The notes under the pieces: generated by a model
The model's database searches: none
The model's input: the letters and a program-made list of their open reading frames with translations, nothing else
What the model was told of the DNA's origin: nothing
In this document: in pieces, positions 1 to 9,562 of the stretch
How the letters are laid out: every line of letters begins with the position of its first letter
How positions within the stretch are numbered: the stretch's first letter is position 1
Position numbers and translations under genes: made by a program
Source of the DNA: an uncultured Candidatus Saccharibacteria bacterium
Lineage (GTDB): Bacteria > Patescibacteriota > Saccharimonadia > Saccharimonadales > JBBQAJ01
Reading direction: 5' to 3'
Assembly: GCA_964597925.1 (NCBI GenBank)
Contig: CAZQZT010000004.1
Span: 1-52,497 of the forward strand
Length of the DNA: 52,497 bases

Positions 1-18
1 GGATAACTTTACTCTTTG

Positions 19-1329
19 TTAGTGGGCTGCGCCTGAAGTTTCTAGGTCTTGTTGCAGTATCCGTTTGGATGGTTTGTAGGCCAGGTTAAACAGTAGACCA
101 CCTGCTATGATGACAGAAGCACCTACTATAACAGGTGTTGCTATACCCATAACTGCTAAGTATCCGCTTAATACTGCCGGGATGGCTTGAGCTAGAGCTT
201 GAACCGAAGAATTTATGCCTAGTACTTCACCCTGTATTTCTGGCCCAACCGAATTACTCACTAGTGACGTACTGTTAGCTATGGTTTGACCCACAAAGAT
301 CGCAAACAAAGGAGTAACTAGTAGCAACTGAGCGGTGTTATGCGCCCATAAGTTTGCTAATAGCCCTATCCCCACTGCGATCAGGCTTACTCTAAGTACT
401 TGGTAGTTTTTGAACCGCTTGGCAACTGTTGGTGTTATAACCGCCTGAGTAAACGCAATCCAAATACCTAGATAGGCAAAGTAATCCCCTATATTGCTGG
501 CATTAAAGCCGAGCTTTTGAATCAGCAGAACCGTAAAAAACGTTTGGAAAAAAGAAAACCCAGCCCAAAACAAAAATACAGAAGAAAATATAACGCGCAG
601 TCCGGGATATGTAGCGGCTTTTGTAATGTTACGCAAGGACTGAGTGAGTCGTATTTTTACCTTTGTCATGTGTTTGTGAGTTTCTGGCAGTAGCAGCACC
701 ACAACCATCACATTAACAGTGCTAAGGATTGCCGTGAACCAAAAAGGAGTGGCTGGGTTAAACCAGTCAGGCGTACTAAACAAACCAAAAAAGCTAAGAT
801 TTGGGGTGGCTAGTTTAGCACCTATATATGGCCCCATAACAAAACCTATTCCAAAGGCAGCGCCAATTTTGGCAAAGTTTTTGGTACGGTCTTTTGGTGC
901 CGTTACGTCGGCAATCACGGCCTGAGCCACGCTCAAATTGCCACCAGTTATACCGTCTAGTGCTCTACTAAAAAACATCAATGGCAGGTTTTGAGTAAGT
1001 ATCCCGATGGCAAACAATACATAGCCTACGGCCGTACCGGCAATACTTATGCCTAAAACTAGCTTGCGACCGTATCTATCAGATAACTGACCGAGGATTG
1101 GAGTGGAGATGAACTGCATTAGTGGATAAATGGCCGTCAGCCAACCAAGTAAAATCAAACCGCCTTTAAAGGTCCAGCCGGCAGGGAGTAGATAGTACTC
1201 AGAACCGGGATTTGCCAGTAGCTGTGGGATTATCGGTAGCAGGATTCCCACGCCCAGAACGTCTAGAAATATTGTCAGCAGGACTGCTGGCATTGCTCTT
1301 TTGGCCATTTTTTGTTTGATTGTATCCAC
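19..1329 (-). CDS. MFS transporter, TetA/DHA1-like efflux pump
   Basis: About 12 hydrophobic segments; motif A GQLSDRYGRK; SRALDGITGG; GFVMGPYIG. Confidence 0.9.
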   Translation of the reverse strand: MDTIKQKMAKRAMPAVLLTIFLDVLGVGILLPIIPQLLANPGSEYYLLPAGWTFKGGLILLGWLTAIYPLMQFISTPILGQLSDRYGRKLVLGISIAGTAVGYVLFAIGILTQNLPLMFFSRALDGITGGNLSVAQAVIADVTAPKDRTKNFAKIGAAFGIGFVMGPYIGAKLATPNLSFFGLFSTPDWFNPATPFWFTAILSTVNVMVVVLLLPETHKHMTKVKIRLTQSLRNITKAATYPGLRVIFSSVFLFWAGFSFFQTFFTVLLIQKLGFNASNIGDYFAYLGIWIAFTQAVITPTVAKRFKNYQVLRVSLIAVGIGLLANLWAHNTAQLLLVTPLFAIFVGQTIANSTSLVSNSVGPEIQGEVLGINSSVQALAQAIPAVLSGYLAVMGIATPVIVGASVIIAGGLLFNLAYKPSKRILQQDLETSGAAH

Positions 1330-1352
1330 GTGTTTTTCTCTTTCTTGTTTAC

Positions 1353-1811
1353 TTATTCTGTTTGCTGACAGGCACCTGTTTTACCTGGTTGGCAGGAATA
1401 GTCATGCATGGTAGCTAGCGTATCAAGTAGTTGTGAACGCTGTTTTTCACTTAGGCGCTCAAACATGGGACCGTGATGTTCATTTAGAATTCTCAGTGCC
1501 TCTTCTGCCATACGTATGCCTTTAGCTGTTGGTATAGTTAGGTGCTCGCGTCGATTTTTTGGATTTATTTGTGTTTGTAGCAGAGACTTATCATGCATAA
1601 GTTTAATCTGCCGGCTTATGCTGGCTTCTGTTTGACCCAAACTATCTGCTACAACTTTCTGCTGAGTGGCAGGATTTGCCTGCAAACACATAAGTATTTT
1701 GAACTGTGAAAACCCAATCCCTAGCCGTTCCTGGAGGGCTTGGTCGGATTGCTTGGCCAGCACGCCAGAAAGATGCTGGAGCAGGTAACCGATATTGCTC
1801 GTAGGATTCAT
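1353..1811 (-). CDS. MarR family transcriptional regulator
   Basis: MarR pattern (GFSQFKILM...QTEASISRQIKLM...NRRE); start moved to ATG at 1811, preceded by GAGG; directly upstream of the MFS gene. Confidence 0.85.
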   Translation of the reverse strand: MNPTSNIGYLLQHLSGVLAKQSDQALQERLGIGFSQFKILMCLQANPATQQKVVADSLGQTEASISRQIKLMHDKSLLQTQINPKNRREHLTIPTAKGIRMAEEALRILNEHHGPMFERLSEKQRSQLLDTLATMHDYSCQPGKTGACQQTE

Positions 1812-1834
1812 TGCCACGCCTCGTTTATGCTCAC

Positions 1835-1869
1835 AGTCTACGTGATAAATACTTAACACGTCAAGTATT
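1835..1869 (-). promoter_or_regulatory. Sigma70 promoter with overlapping palindromic operator for marR-MFS
   Basis: Minus strand TTGACG-N18-TAGACT; inverted repeat AATACTT-N8-AAGTATT (1848-1869) covers the -35 box. Confidence 0.6.
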
Positions 1870-1890
1870 ATTCTTTGAGAGGGTAGGGGA

Positions 1891-2688
1891 CTAAACGATG
1901 TTTTGCTGTTTACAGACCGTGTATAGTGCCCACCAGTCATCAAGTGATAAATTCTGGGCACGAAGACTAGGCTTAATCTGCGCCAGTTCTAATATCTGCT
2001 GTATCTGTTCTTTATCTGTTCTCAGCCCCCCTGCTAAAGAGTTAAGCAAGGTTTTGCGCCGTGCCGAATAGCCAGCTTTTACTATTCTAAAGAAGGTTTT
2101 CTCGTCTACGTCCGCAAACATTGGTTTGCTACGGCGTTTCATAATCAGCACTCTGGAATCTACTTTTGGTGGTGGCGTAAATAGTTCTGCCTCAACCACG
2201 TCCCCCAGACTCACTTTCCAATAGAACTGTGCACTGACAGACAGTAATGACATCTGCCCTTGCTTGGCAGCAACCCTTTCAGCTACTTCTTTTTGTACCA
2301 GCAACACAACCGTACTAGCTTGATTGGTAGACTCTGAGAGCACTCGTATAAGATTGCTTGTCAGGTAATAAGGGATGTTTGCAATTACTTTGTAGTCTGG
2401 CGGTAAACTGGTTAGGTCAAAGCTCAAAATATCTTGCTGGACCACTTCCAGATTGTCTACTTTTACTCGCTCTGGAAGCCGTACCGCAAGCGCTTGGTCA
2501 AACTCTACTGCCACCACCTTTTTAGCCTGCTTTACTAGCAAGCTCGTAAGAGTACCGGTTCCGGCCCCAATCTCCAGCACCGTATCATCAGCACCAACCT
2601 CTCCCGCGTCACAAATATATTGCAAAGTGGTCACATCACTAAGCCAGTGCTGCCCCAATGATTTTTTAGTTTTTGGGATTTCGGTCAT
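1891..2688 (-). CDS. rsmA: 16S rRNA m6,2A dimethyltransferase
   Basis: KKSLGQHW, VLEIGAG, ANIPYY, PPPKVDS motifs; start set at ATG 2688. Confidence 0.95.
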   Translation of the reverse strand: MTEIPKTKKSLGQHWLSDVTTLQYICDAGEVGADDTVLEIGAGTGTLTSLLVKQAKKVVAVEFDQALAVRLPERVKVDNLEVVQQDILSFDLTSLPPDYKVIANIPYYLTSNLIRVLSESTNQASTVVLLVQKEVAERVAAKQGQMSLLSVSAQFYWKVSLGDVVEAELFTPPPKVDSRVLIMKRRSKPMFADVDEKTFFRIVKAGYSARRKTLLNSLAGGLRTDKEQIQQILELAQIKPSLRAQNLSLDDWWALYTVCKQQNIV

Positions 2689-2702
2689 AAAGCTAAATTC
2701 AA

Positions 2703-4010
2703 TTAGAACCAAGTTGTAACTTTATTATATGTCTGTCTAGTTTTGGGACTGTAGCATGATCCTAGGCATGATTTAAATTCCATTGCTGCCTGTGCGCTAC
2801 CGTAGCCAAGCATATAGCCATAACACCACTTCAGCTGGGTTACGGGATTTGTCTGCCAATCAGCACCATTTGCAGCCATTTTTATGGCGGGGGTTGACTG
2901 ACAAAGTCCGTAACCATACCCGCTTGATGGAGAATGAAGTTCTTCATAATAGGCAGGACACGCACCGGGACGTCCTTGCCATTTTGTCGGACACCATCCT
3001 GATTCACGACTAACGATATAGTCAACATACGGGTAGTCTCTCGCAACATTAACTCCTGCTAGAGTCATTACAGTACTTTTATCTTTGTCGACATTAAACG
3101 CCTTACCTCTAGCAACAATCTCCTTGACTGGTTCTAGTGTGCGGACTTCTTGTATAACTTTGCGCCCTATCTCTTTACCATTCTGAAGTTCCAACTGGTA
3201 AGTGACAATTTTTTTGCCTGCGCTTCCTTTCTGGCGTATGGCAATTGCTCCGAAACTTAAACTTGTGTCTTCGAGGGTTTCAATTTCTTTGGGTATTTCT
3301 TCTTCAACCGTGGCAATTTGGGTACCAAAACGAGTTACAAATATCTGTGAATTGGCATCAAGTGCTGTTTTGACGTCAGGCTGAACCGTATCGCCATTTG
3401 CAAGTATGACATTCTTTTCTTTGAGCAGTTCTCCAACAGTCTTAGCATGGGTTCGTACGACAACTGGAGTACCGTAGAGGTTTAAATTTACGGGTGTGGC
3501 ACGCTCTATAGTAATTTTGTCACCTATTATCTGGTCTTTGAGGATTTGGCTGGAGGTTTCTTGTTTCAGTTTATCTTCTGGATATACCTCTATGCCGACT
3601 TGGTTTGCTACACTCCTTGGTGTTGTGGCAGCACTTAGTGCCTGGATGCGTTTGTTACCATCAAAAATGGTGACGGGTCTTGCCCGATATACATTTATAC
3701 GAAAATTGTCGTCAACTATTTCAGTTTCTATTGAAGGCTCCACTACATCACCATCCTGAAGCGTAACCTCTGCACGAGCTAAGAAATCCTCCACACTTTT
3801 GGCTCTGGTAGGTACTGTTTGTTTTTTGCCATCCACAGTAAGCTGAACTACGTGCGCATCCGAAGGACCAATAGTCTGACTACCCAGCACCACGGAACCA
3901 ATCATAGTCAAAAAGCTCAAAAATATTAGAGTAACTACAGGCACAACAAACGGATGCTTGTGGTATTCTTTGGCTCTTACTCTGTGTTGAAACAATTTTT
4001 TCTTACGCAT
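2703..4010 (-). CDS. YabE/RpfB-like cell-wall protein (TM, DUF348 repeats, G5, lytic transglycosylase-like C-terminus)
   Basis: N-terminal TM; ubiquitin-like DUF348 repeats; G5 segment (G..G.K..TY); C-terminal ESGW...GYGLCQ...NPVTQLKW; located upstream of rsmA like yabE/rpfB. Confidence 0.85.
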   Translation of the reverse strand: MRKKKLFQHRVRAKEYHKHPFVVPVVTLIFLSFLTMIGSVVLGSQTIGPSDAHVVQLTVDGKKQTVPTRAKSVEDFLARAEVTLQDGDVVEPSIETEIVDDNFRINVYRARPVTIFDGNKRIQALSAATTPRSVANQVGIEVYPEDKLKQETSSQILKDQIIGDKITIERATPVNLNLYGTPVVVRTHAKTVGELLKEKNVILANGDTVQPDVKTALDANSQIFVTRFGTQIATVEEEIPKEIETLEDTSLSFGAIAIRQKGSAGKKIVTYQLELQNGKEIGRKVIQEVRTLEPVKEIVARGKAFNVDKDKSTVMTLAGVNVARDYPYVDYIVSRESGWCPTKWQGRPGACPAYYEELHSPSSGYGYGLCQSTPAIKMAANGADWQTNPVTQLKWCYGYMLGYGSAQAAMEFKSCLGSCYSPKTRQTYNKVTTWF

Positions 4011-4078
4011 AATTGGTTGAAGTACGCGAGCGACAGGGACTACCGATGCTCGCGTTTACCAGCTACTAGTTTAACAAA

Positions 4079-4540
4079 TCACCTCTTGCTTAGCCACTGC
4101 CTCAAAGCTTCTTTGCCATCTGCCCCCAATTTTACAGTTGGGCTGTTCATAGATTGCCAAGAATAATCTGCTATTTCAAATCGCTGAACGTGTATTTTGG
4201 GTTTTTCATCCAACTGCACCATATAGCAATCATAGTCAAAGCTAAGTCCGTATTCATGGTAAGTTTCTGTGAACAGTAGTCTTGGCTGTTTGTTAGTGAT
4301 CGTTATACCTGTTTCTTCCCTTACTTCACGAATCAAACCGTCTAATGAATTTTCGCCTTTATGAAATCCACCACCCGTCAATACCCAATTGCCCGCGCCA
4401 ATCCAGCCCCGTAACGCTAAAAATTCATCTCCGCATATTAGCAATAGGCGGGTACGTCTAGAATTACGGAAATATATCCAAAGCACCGGCCAGCCAAACC
4501 AAAACACAATCGTTCCAATGAAAAGCATAATTTTCTTCAC
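4079..4540 (-). CDS. NUDIX hydrolase with N-terminal membrane anchor
   Basis: GGGFHKGENSLDGLIREVREETG Nudix box; hydrophobic N-terminus. Confidence 0.85.
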   Translation of the reverse strand: MKKIMLFIGTIVFWFGWPVLWIYFRNSRRTRLLLICGDEFLALRGWIGAGNWVLTGGGFHKGENSLDGLIREVREETGITITNKQPRLLFTETYHEYGLSFDYDCYMVQLDEKPKIHVQRFEIADYSWQSMNSPTVKLGADGKEALRQWLSKR

Positions 4541-6684
4541 TATAGCTTCTCCAATGGGGCAAAGGCGATGTTTAGCTTTTTGCTACCCTTGCCTTTGAAA
4601 TAAATGACTGCATTGTCACCCTCTATTTCCATAACTGTACCAACACCAAAAATCTGATGCTTCACGCCGTCGCCTTCGCTTAAATCTGGTGCATAATGCG
4701 GTTCGGCTGCCGTTTTGGTATTAGGTGCCGAGAAGTCTTGCGAATAGCTTTGCTCAAATCCAGTTGCCAGCTGCACCTCCCCATCAATTTCGCTCAAAAA
4801 CCGGCTGGGCGGATTGTGTTGCATGCCGCCGTATAGCATACGACTGCTGGCATAGAGCAAATACAGCTCTTCTTTGGCACGAGTCATGCCCACATAGCAA
4901 AGTCTGCGCTCTTCTTCCATTTCGGCTTGGTCATACAGCGCCCTAGAATGTGGGAAAATAGTTTCTTCTAGTCCAATCATAAAAACTACTGGAAACTCTA
5001 GGCCTTTGGCAGCATGTAGTGTCATAAGCGTAACGGCATTATTACCAAACTCAGCACTATCCAAGTCACTTATAAGGGCTACTTCTTCCAAGAAACCATC
5101 TAGTCCGACGTCTTGATAACTTTTTGCCACGCTCAGCAGTTCACGGACGTTTTCTTGGCGGGCTTCTCCTTGAGGAGTTTTGTCATCTAAAAATGCCATA
5201 TAATCTATTCGCCGAATCAAACTGTCTAATAATACGGGTAAAGGGGTTTTGTCCATGACTTCCCTGAAACTACGCAGTAAATCACCTAGTTCGGATAAAC
5301 CTTTTCGGGCTTTTGTAGTCAAATCAGGGTGGTCAGCGACTGATTCGAGGGCTGTTTGTAGATTTAAATCGTTGGCCGTTTGCCAAGCAAAGAAATTTGC
5401 TACTGACTTGCTGCCAATACCCCTAGTCGGCACATTTACGATTCGCTCAAAACTGACGGCGTCTGATGGTTGATAGATTAAGCGCAAATAAGCCATGATG
5501 TCTTTAATTTCTTTGCGGTCGTAAAACCGCTGTCCACCCACAATTCGATATGGTATAGCGTAGCGGATAAAGGCTTCTTCAATAGCTCGGCTTTGGGCAT
5601 TAGTACGGTACAGTACCGCAAAGTCGTTGAACTTTCGTGCCTTCAAATCAGTAGCGATTTTTACTCTACGTATTATGGCTTCACCCTCAGCCCTCTCGCT
5701 ATTTACTTGCATAATCTGGAGCGGTTTTCCATCTCCAAGGTCAGTCCACAGCTTTTTGTCAGAACGATGGTCATTTTTGGTAATCACAGCATGTGCTGCA
5801 TCTAAAATAGCTTTAGAACTACGATAATTTTGTTCCAGCTTTATGATCGTGGCTTTGGGGTAGTCTTTTTCGAAGTTTAAAATGTTCCGATAATCTGCAC
5901 CTCTAAACGAATACACACTTTGCCAGTCATCGCCCACCACAGCGATATTATGTTTATCATTAGTGAGTAGTTTGATGAGTTTATATTGAGCAGCATTGGT
6001 ATCCTGATACTCGTCTATCATAATGTAGCTAAATTGCTGGTGCCATTTATTCCTGATTTCTGCGTTAGTTTGCAGTAAATGAACAACCCTGCCAATTAGG
6101 TCATCGAAATCTAGAGCGTTGTTATCTTTGAGTATTTTTTGATACAACGGATATACCTGAACGGCTGCTTTATGCAGCGGCCCGCTACCCATACCTGCGT
6201 AGTCAGCTGGAGAAATTAGCTCATTTTTGGCACTGCTAATCAATCCTGAAATGGCTCTAGCCGGGAATGCCTTTTCATCTATCATGAGCTGTTTACTAGC
6301 TTGCTTTACCGCGCTTTGGCGGTCACCCTCATCAAATATAACGAAGTTACGTGGCACATGTACGTATTCACCATCCTGACGTAGTATCCGTACACAAATT
6401 CCATGGAACGTCCCCATAAAAGGCATAAAGCCCCTGTTATCGGCATTTTCTCCTGTCAGCTCAGCAACCCGAATCCTCATTTCTTTGGCAGCCTTATTAG
6501 TAAAAGTTACCGCAAGAATGTTATATGGTGTGGCTTTTGCACTAGCAATCAGGTGCGCTATTCTATGCGTCAAGGTCTTAGTCTTGCCACTACCCGCCCC
6601 TGCCAGTATTAACAAAGGACCTTCCGTAGTCTCTACGGCGCGCTGTTGTTCAGGATTGAGCCCCTGTAATAAGTCATTTTGCAC
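4540..6684 (-). CDS. pcrA: PcrA/UvrD ATP-dependent DNA helicase
   Basis: AGAGSGKT, DEYQDTN, LEQNYRS, TLHAAKGLEF, EERRLCYV motifs; GTG start. Confidence 0.95.
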   Translation of the reverse strand: MQNDLLQGLNPEQQRAVETTEGPLLILAGAGSGKTKTLTHRIAHLIASAKATPYNILAVTFTNKAAKEMRIRVAELTGENADNRGFMPFMGTFHGICVRILRQDGEYVHVPRNFVIFDEGDRQSAVKQASKQLMIDEKAFPARAISGLISSAKNELISPADYAGMGSGPLHKAAVQVYPLYQKILKDNNALDFDDLIGRVVHLLQTNAEIRNKWHQQFSYIMIDEYQDTNAAQYKLIKLLTNDKHNIAVVGDDWQSVYSFRGADYRNILNFEKDYPKATIIKLEQNYRSSKAILDAAHAVITKNDHRSDKKLWTDLGDGKPLQIMQVNSERAEGEAIIRRVKIATDLKARKFNDFAVLYRTNAQSRAIEEAFIRYAIPYRIVGGQRFYDRKEIKDIMAYLRLIYQPSDAVSFERIVNVPTRGIGSKSVANFFAWQTANDLNLQTALESVADHPDLTTKARKGLSELGDLLRSFREVMDKTPLPVLLDSLIRRIDYMAFLDDKTPQGEARQENVRELLSVAKSYQDVGLDGFLEEVALISDLDSAEFGNNAVTLMTLHAAKGLEFPVVFMIGLEETIFPHSRALYDQAEMEEERRLCYVGMTRAKEELYLLYASSRMLYGGMQHNPPSRFLSEIDGEVQLATGFEQSYSQDFSAPNTKTAAEPHYAPDLSEGDGVKHQIFGVGTVMEIEGDNAVIYFKGKGSKKLNIAFAPLEKL

Positions 6685-6743
6685 CCGCTAATTGTAGCAA
6701 AATAAAGAGGTTAATAACGTTGTTGTTTGGTATCGGCTTGTTT

Positions 6744-7394
6744 TTAGTTTTGGATCAAATCGTATGGAACATCAAAACCAACGTCTAGTACGCCAGCATC
6801 CATCGCTAGATAAACTCCAGCCACAATAACTATTAACATCACTAAGATTATGGTGGTACGCTGATTACGACGATGGGATACCTGAGCTTTTGGCACGAAA
6901 TATTTTTTTTCAGCTATTAGTTTTTGTACCTGCTCTTGTTTTGCCTTTTCGGCATCCGATAGTTCGTTTTTATTTTTCCGATCTATAGTTGCTTGATCAG
7001 TTACAGCATCAACAACCGCAGATTGTTCTGCCTGTTCTGCTTCTTGTTTTGGTTCTTGTTTTGTCTCTTCGGTTTCTAGATCTTCTTTTTCGGATGTCTG
7101 TGCAGTACTTTTTGCATCGTCGTCCCGGGTGACTTCATCCACTGAGGGCTGCTCTGCGTCTACATCTTCACTGACCGGTTTTATTATCTTTTCACTGTGC
7201 ATGGCCGGTTCTTGCTTAGATTCTTCAGCAATAACAGCCTTATTATTTTCTGGCTTTTCATTTTCTTTAACCATAGGGTCCTGAACCATGGGATGATGCG
7301 TAATTACAACTGGCCTGGCCGATATGTCAGGAGATGACTTTCCTGGCTTGGAAACATCCATGATTTTTTTATCTTGCGATTTACTGCTGACCAT
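6744..7394 (-). CDS. Hypothetical protein, charged low-complexity body with C-terminal TM
   Basis: 216-aa ORF in operon with tpiA (1-bp gap); single hydrophobic helix near the C-terminus. Confidence 0.7.
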   Translation of the reverse strand: MVSSKSQDKKIMDVSKPGKSSPDISARPVVITHHPMVQDPMVKENEKPENNKAVIAEESKQEPAMHSEKIIKPVSEDVDAEQPSVDEVTRDDDAKSTAQTSEKEDLETEETKQEPKQEAEQAEQSAVVDAVTDQATIDRKNKNELSDAEKAKQEQVQKLIAEKKYFVPKAQVSHRRNQRTTIILVMLIVIVAGVYLAMDAGVLDVGFDVPYDLIQN

Positions 7395-7395
7395 T

Positions 7396-8217
7396 TTATT
7401 CCCCCTTAGCCGTGGCTACAACGGACAGGTCTGCCTGATGATTTACTCTATATGCTGCCTCTGCAATACCCGTAAATTCCTGATAGTTCAAACTTGCACC
7501 TCCAACTAGTAGTCCATCGACACCATTTGTAGATAGTAATCCATGGGCCGTTGATGCACTGGAACTTCCGCCATAAAGTACTCTGACATTTTCTGCTACT
7601 TTTTTACCATATAAATGCCGTATGTTGTTGCGGATTGATTTTATGGCTTTGGCTATAATGTCTGGTGTGGGAATCTCATGGTGTGTAAAATCTTTGCCGT
7701 TGCTAAGCGCCCAAACTGGCTCATATGCTATGACAATAGTCTCTATTTCATCTTCTGTAAGGTTGCTCAAAGCTGTGCTAACTTGATCGTGAAGTACTTG
7801 CATGGTTTCGCCGTCTAGGCGTTCTTGTTTGGTTTCGCCTACGCACAAAATTGGTGTTATGCCATTTCTTACACTTGCCGCTACTTTATCGCGAACGGTG
7901 TCTAGGTTTTCACCAAATTTATAGCGCCTATCTGAATGTCCAACTATTACATAATCCACCAAACCGCGTAGCATATTAAAACTAACCTCACCAGTAAACT
8001 GACCTTCATCTACTTGGTAAGCATTTTGAGCTGCCAAACCAAATTTGCGATGGTCTAACTGCAAACATATAGGTTGCAGATTTACAAACCCGGGAGCCAA
8101 AACTATTTCTATGTCGCGGTGAAGGCGTATGCTCTCCGTCAAACGATGCACCAGTATACTTGCCTGATGCACGTTCAGGTTCATTTTCCAGTTCCCAACA
8201 ATCAACGTTTTTTTCAT
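7396..8217 (-). CDS. tpiA: Triosephosphate isomerase
   Basis: GNWKMN, GHSDRR, AYEPVWA, LYGGS, LVGGASL. Confidence 0.95.
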   Translation of the reverse strand: MKKTLIVGNWKMNLNVHQASILVHRLTESIRLHRDIEIVLAPGFVNLQPICLQLDHRKFGLAAQNAYQVDEGQFTGEVSFNMLRGLVDYVIVGHSDRRYKFGENLDTVRDKVAASVRNGITPILCVGETKQERLDGETMQVLHDQVSTALSNLTEDEIETIVIAYEPVWALSNGKDFTHHEIPTPDIIAKAIKSIRNNIRHLYGKKVAENVRVLYGGSSSASTAHGLLSTNGVDGLLVGGASLNYQEFTGIAEAAYRVNHQADLSVVATAKGE

Positions 8218-8247
8218 TGAACCCACTTCATAATAGTTATGTTTACT

Positions 8248-9540
8248 TTACTCCTTATCAAGCAAAGCCTCAACCCCAGGTAATTTTTTCCCACTCATCA
8301 GTTCCATACTGGCACCACCGCCTGTAGAAACATGGTTGAAGCAATCTGTCAGCTTTCTTACCTCTATATAGCCCACCGTGTCACCCCCGCCCAGCACGCT
8401 AAACGGCTTGTGGCCGTACTCTCCCAACATAGCATCTACGATTAGATTGGTACCGCGTGAAAACGGTCCAACTGGCCCATTTAAGCCCGGTACTTCTGTA
8501 ACTCCCATAGCCCCGTTCCAGATAACGGTACTGACTTGCTGCATAGCTCCGGCTATGAAAGCTCCAGAGAAAGGTCCAATATCTAATATCAGCTCATCTG
8601 CCATCACTTGTTCAGTCTGCCTAGGCGGTTGCTTGGGGTAACTCTCTGTTTGGGCAATTATATGTGCGTCCCAATCGACAATTCGAGTTTTAGCAGTTTT
8701 ATCTATAGAACTAGCAACCACTGCGTCTTGAGGCAGGTAAAAAATAAACTGCTGTTTTTTAGACTTGGCCCTAGCTCTCTCAATAATTTGCTTGGCCAAT
8801 AGTAAGGCGTCTGGCTCAACCAAGCTTTTTCCCACGCGAATGCCTTCAGCCAACAAAAAGGTGTTTGCCATGGCGCCTCCTACTGCCACAAAGTCAGCTA
8901 TGTCGATAAATCGGTTCAGTATTTCTAGCTTGTCACTAATTTTGGCTCCGCCAATTATTGCCATGAGCGGACGTTTGGGATTAGCCATAACATCAGTAAT
9001 TGTGTTGACTTCATTTTCAACTAGTAGGCCTGCTACTGCTGGCAAGTATTTGGGCAATTCAGAAACTGATACTGCTGGATGATGCACAACTCCAAAGGCA
9101 TCTTGCACAAAAACATCTACATAGCTGGCAAGTTTTTTGGCAAACTCTTTGTCATTAGATTCTTCCTGCGGGTGAAAACGAACGTTTTCTAGCATAACAA
9201 TTTGACCGACTGGCATATTATTGATATGTTTTTCTACTTCGTCGCCAATGCAATCATCTAGAAATACCACGGGCTTGTCCAGGAGTTTTCCAAGCCGATT
9301 AGCGCAAGGTTTTAGACTGTATTTCTTGTCAACCTTTCCGTCAGGCCGGCCCAGATGAGAGCATAATATAATTTTGGCGTCTTGTTTTAGGAGATACCGT
9401 ATGGTTGGTAGAGATTTTTTAATCCGATAATCATCTGTAATTTTAGACTCTGAATTAAGAGGCACATTATAGTCTACCCGCACCAGTACTCGCTTGCCTC
9501 TGAGGTCAATATCTCGGACTGTTTTTTTCAGAAAACTCAA
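8248..9540 (-). CDS. pgk: Phosphoglycerate kinase
   Basis: RVDYNVP, SHLGRP, LENVRF, IGGAKISDK, GGGDT, STGGGAS. Confidence 0.97.
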   Translation of the reverse strand: MSFLKKTVRDIDLRGKRVLVRVDYNVPLNSESKITDDYRIKKSLPTIRYLLKQDAKIILCSHLGRPDGKVDKKYSLKPCANRLGKLLDKPVVFLDDCIGDEVEKHINNMPVGQIVMLENVRFHPQEESNDKEFAKKLASYVDVFVQDAFGVVHHPAVSVSELPKYLPAVAGLLVENEVNTITDVMANPKRPLMAIIGGAKISDKLEILNRFIDIADFVAVGGAMANTFLLAEGIRVGKSLVEPDALLLAKQIIERARAKSKKQQFIFYLPQDAVVASSIDKTAKTRIVDWDAHIIAQTESYPKQPPRQTEQVMADELILDIGPFSGAFIAGAMQQVSTVIWNGAMGVTEVPGLNGPVGPFSRGTNLIVDAMLGEYGHKPFSVLGGGDTVGYIEVRKLTDCFNHVSTGGGASMELMSGKKLPGVEALLDKE

Positions 9541-9562
9541 AATTACCCCACCCTACTTATGC

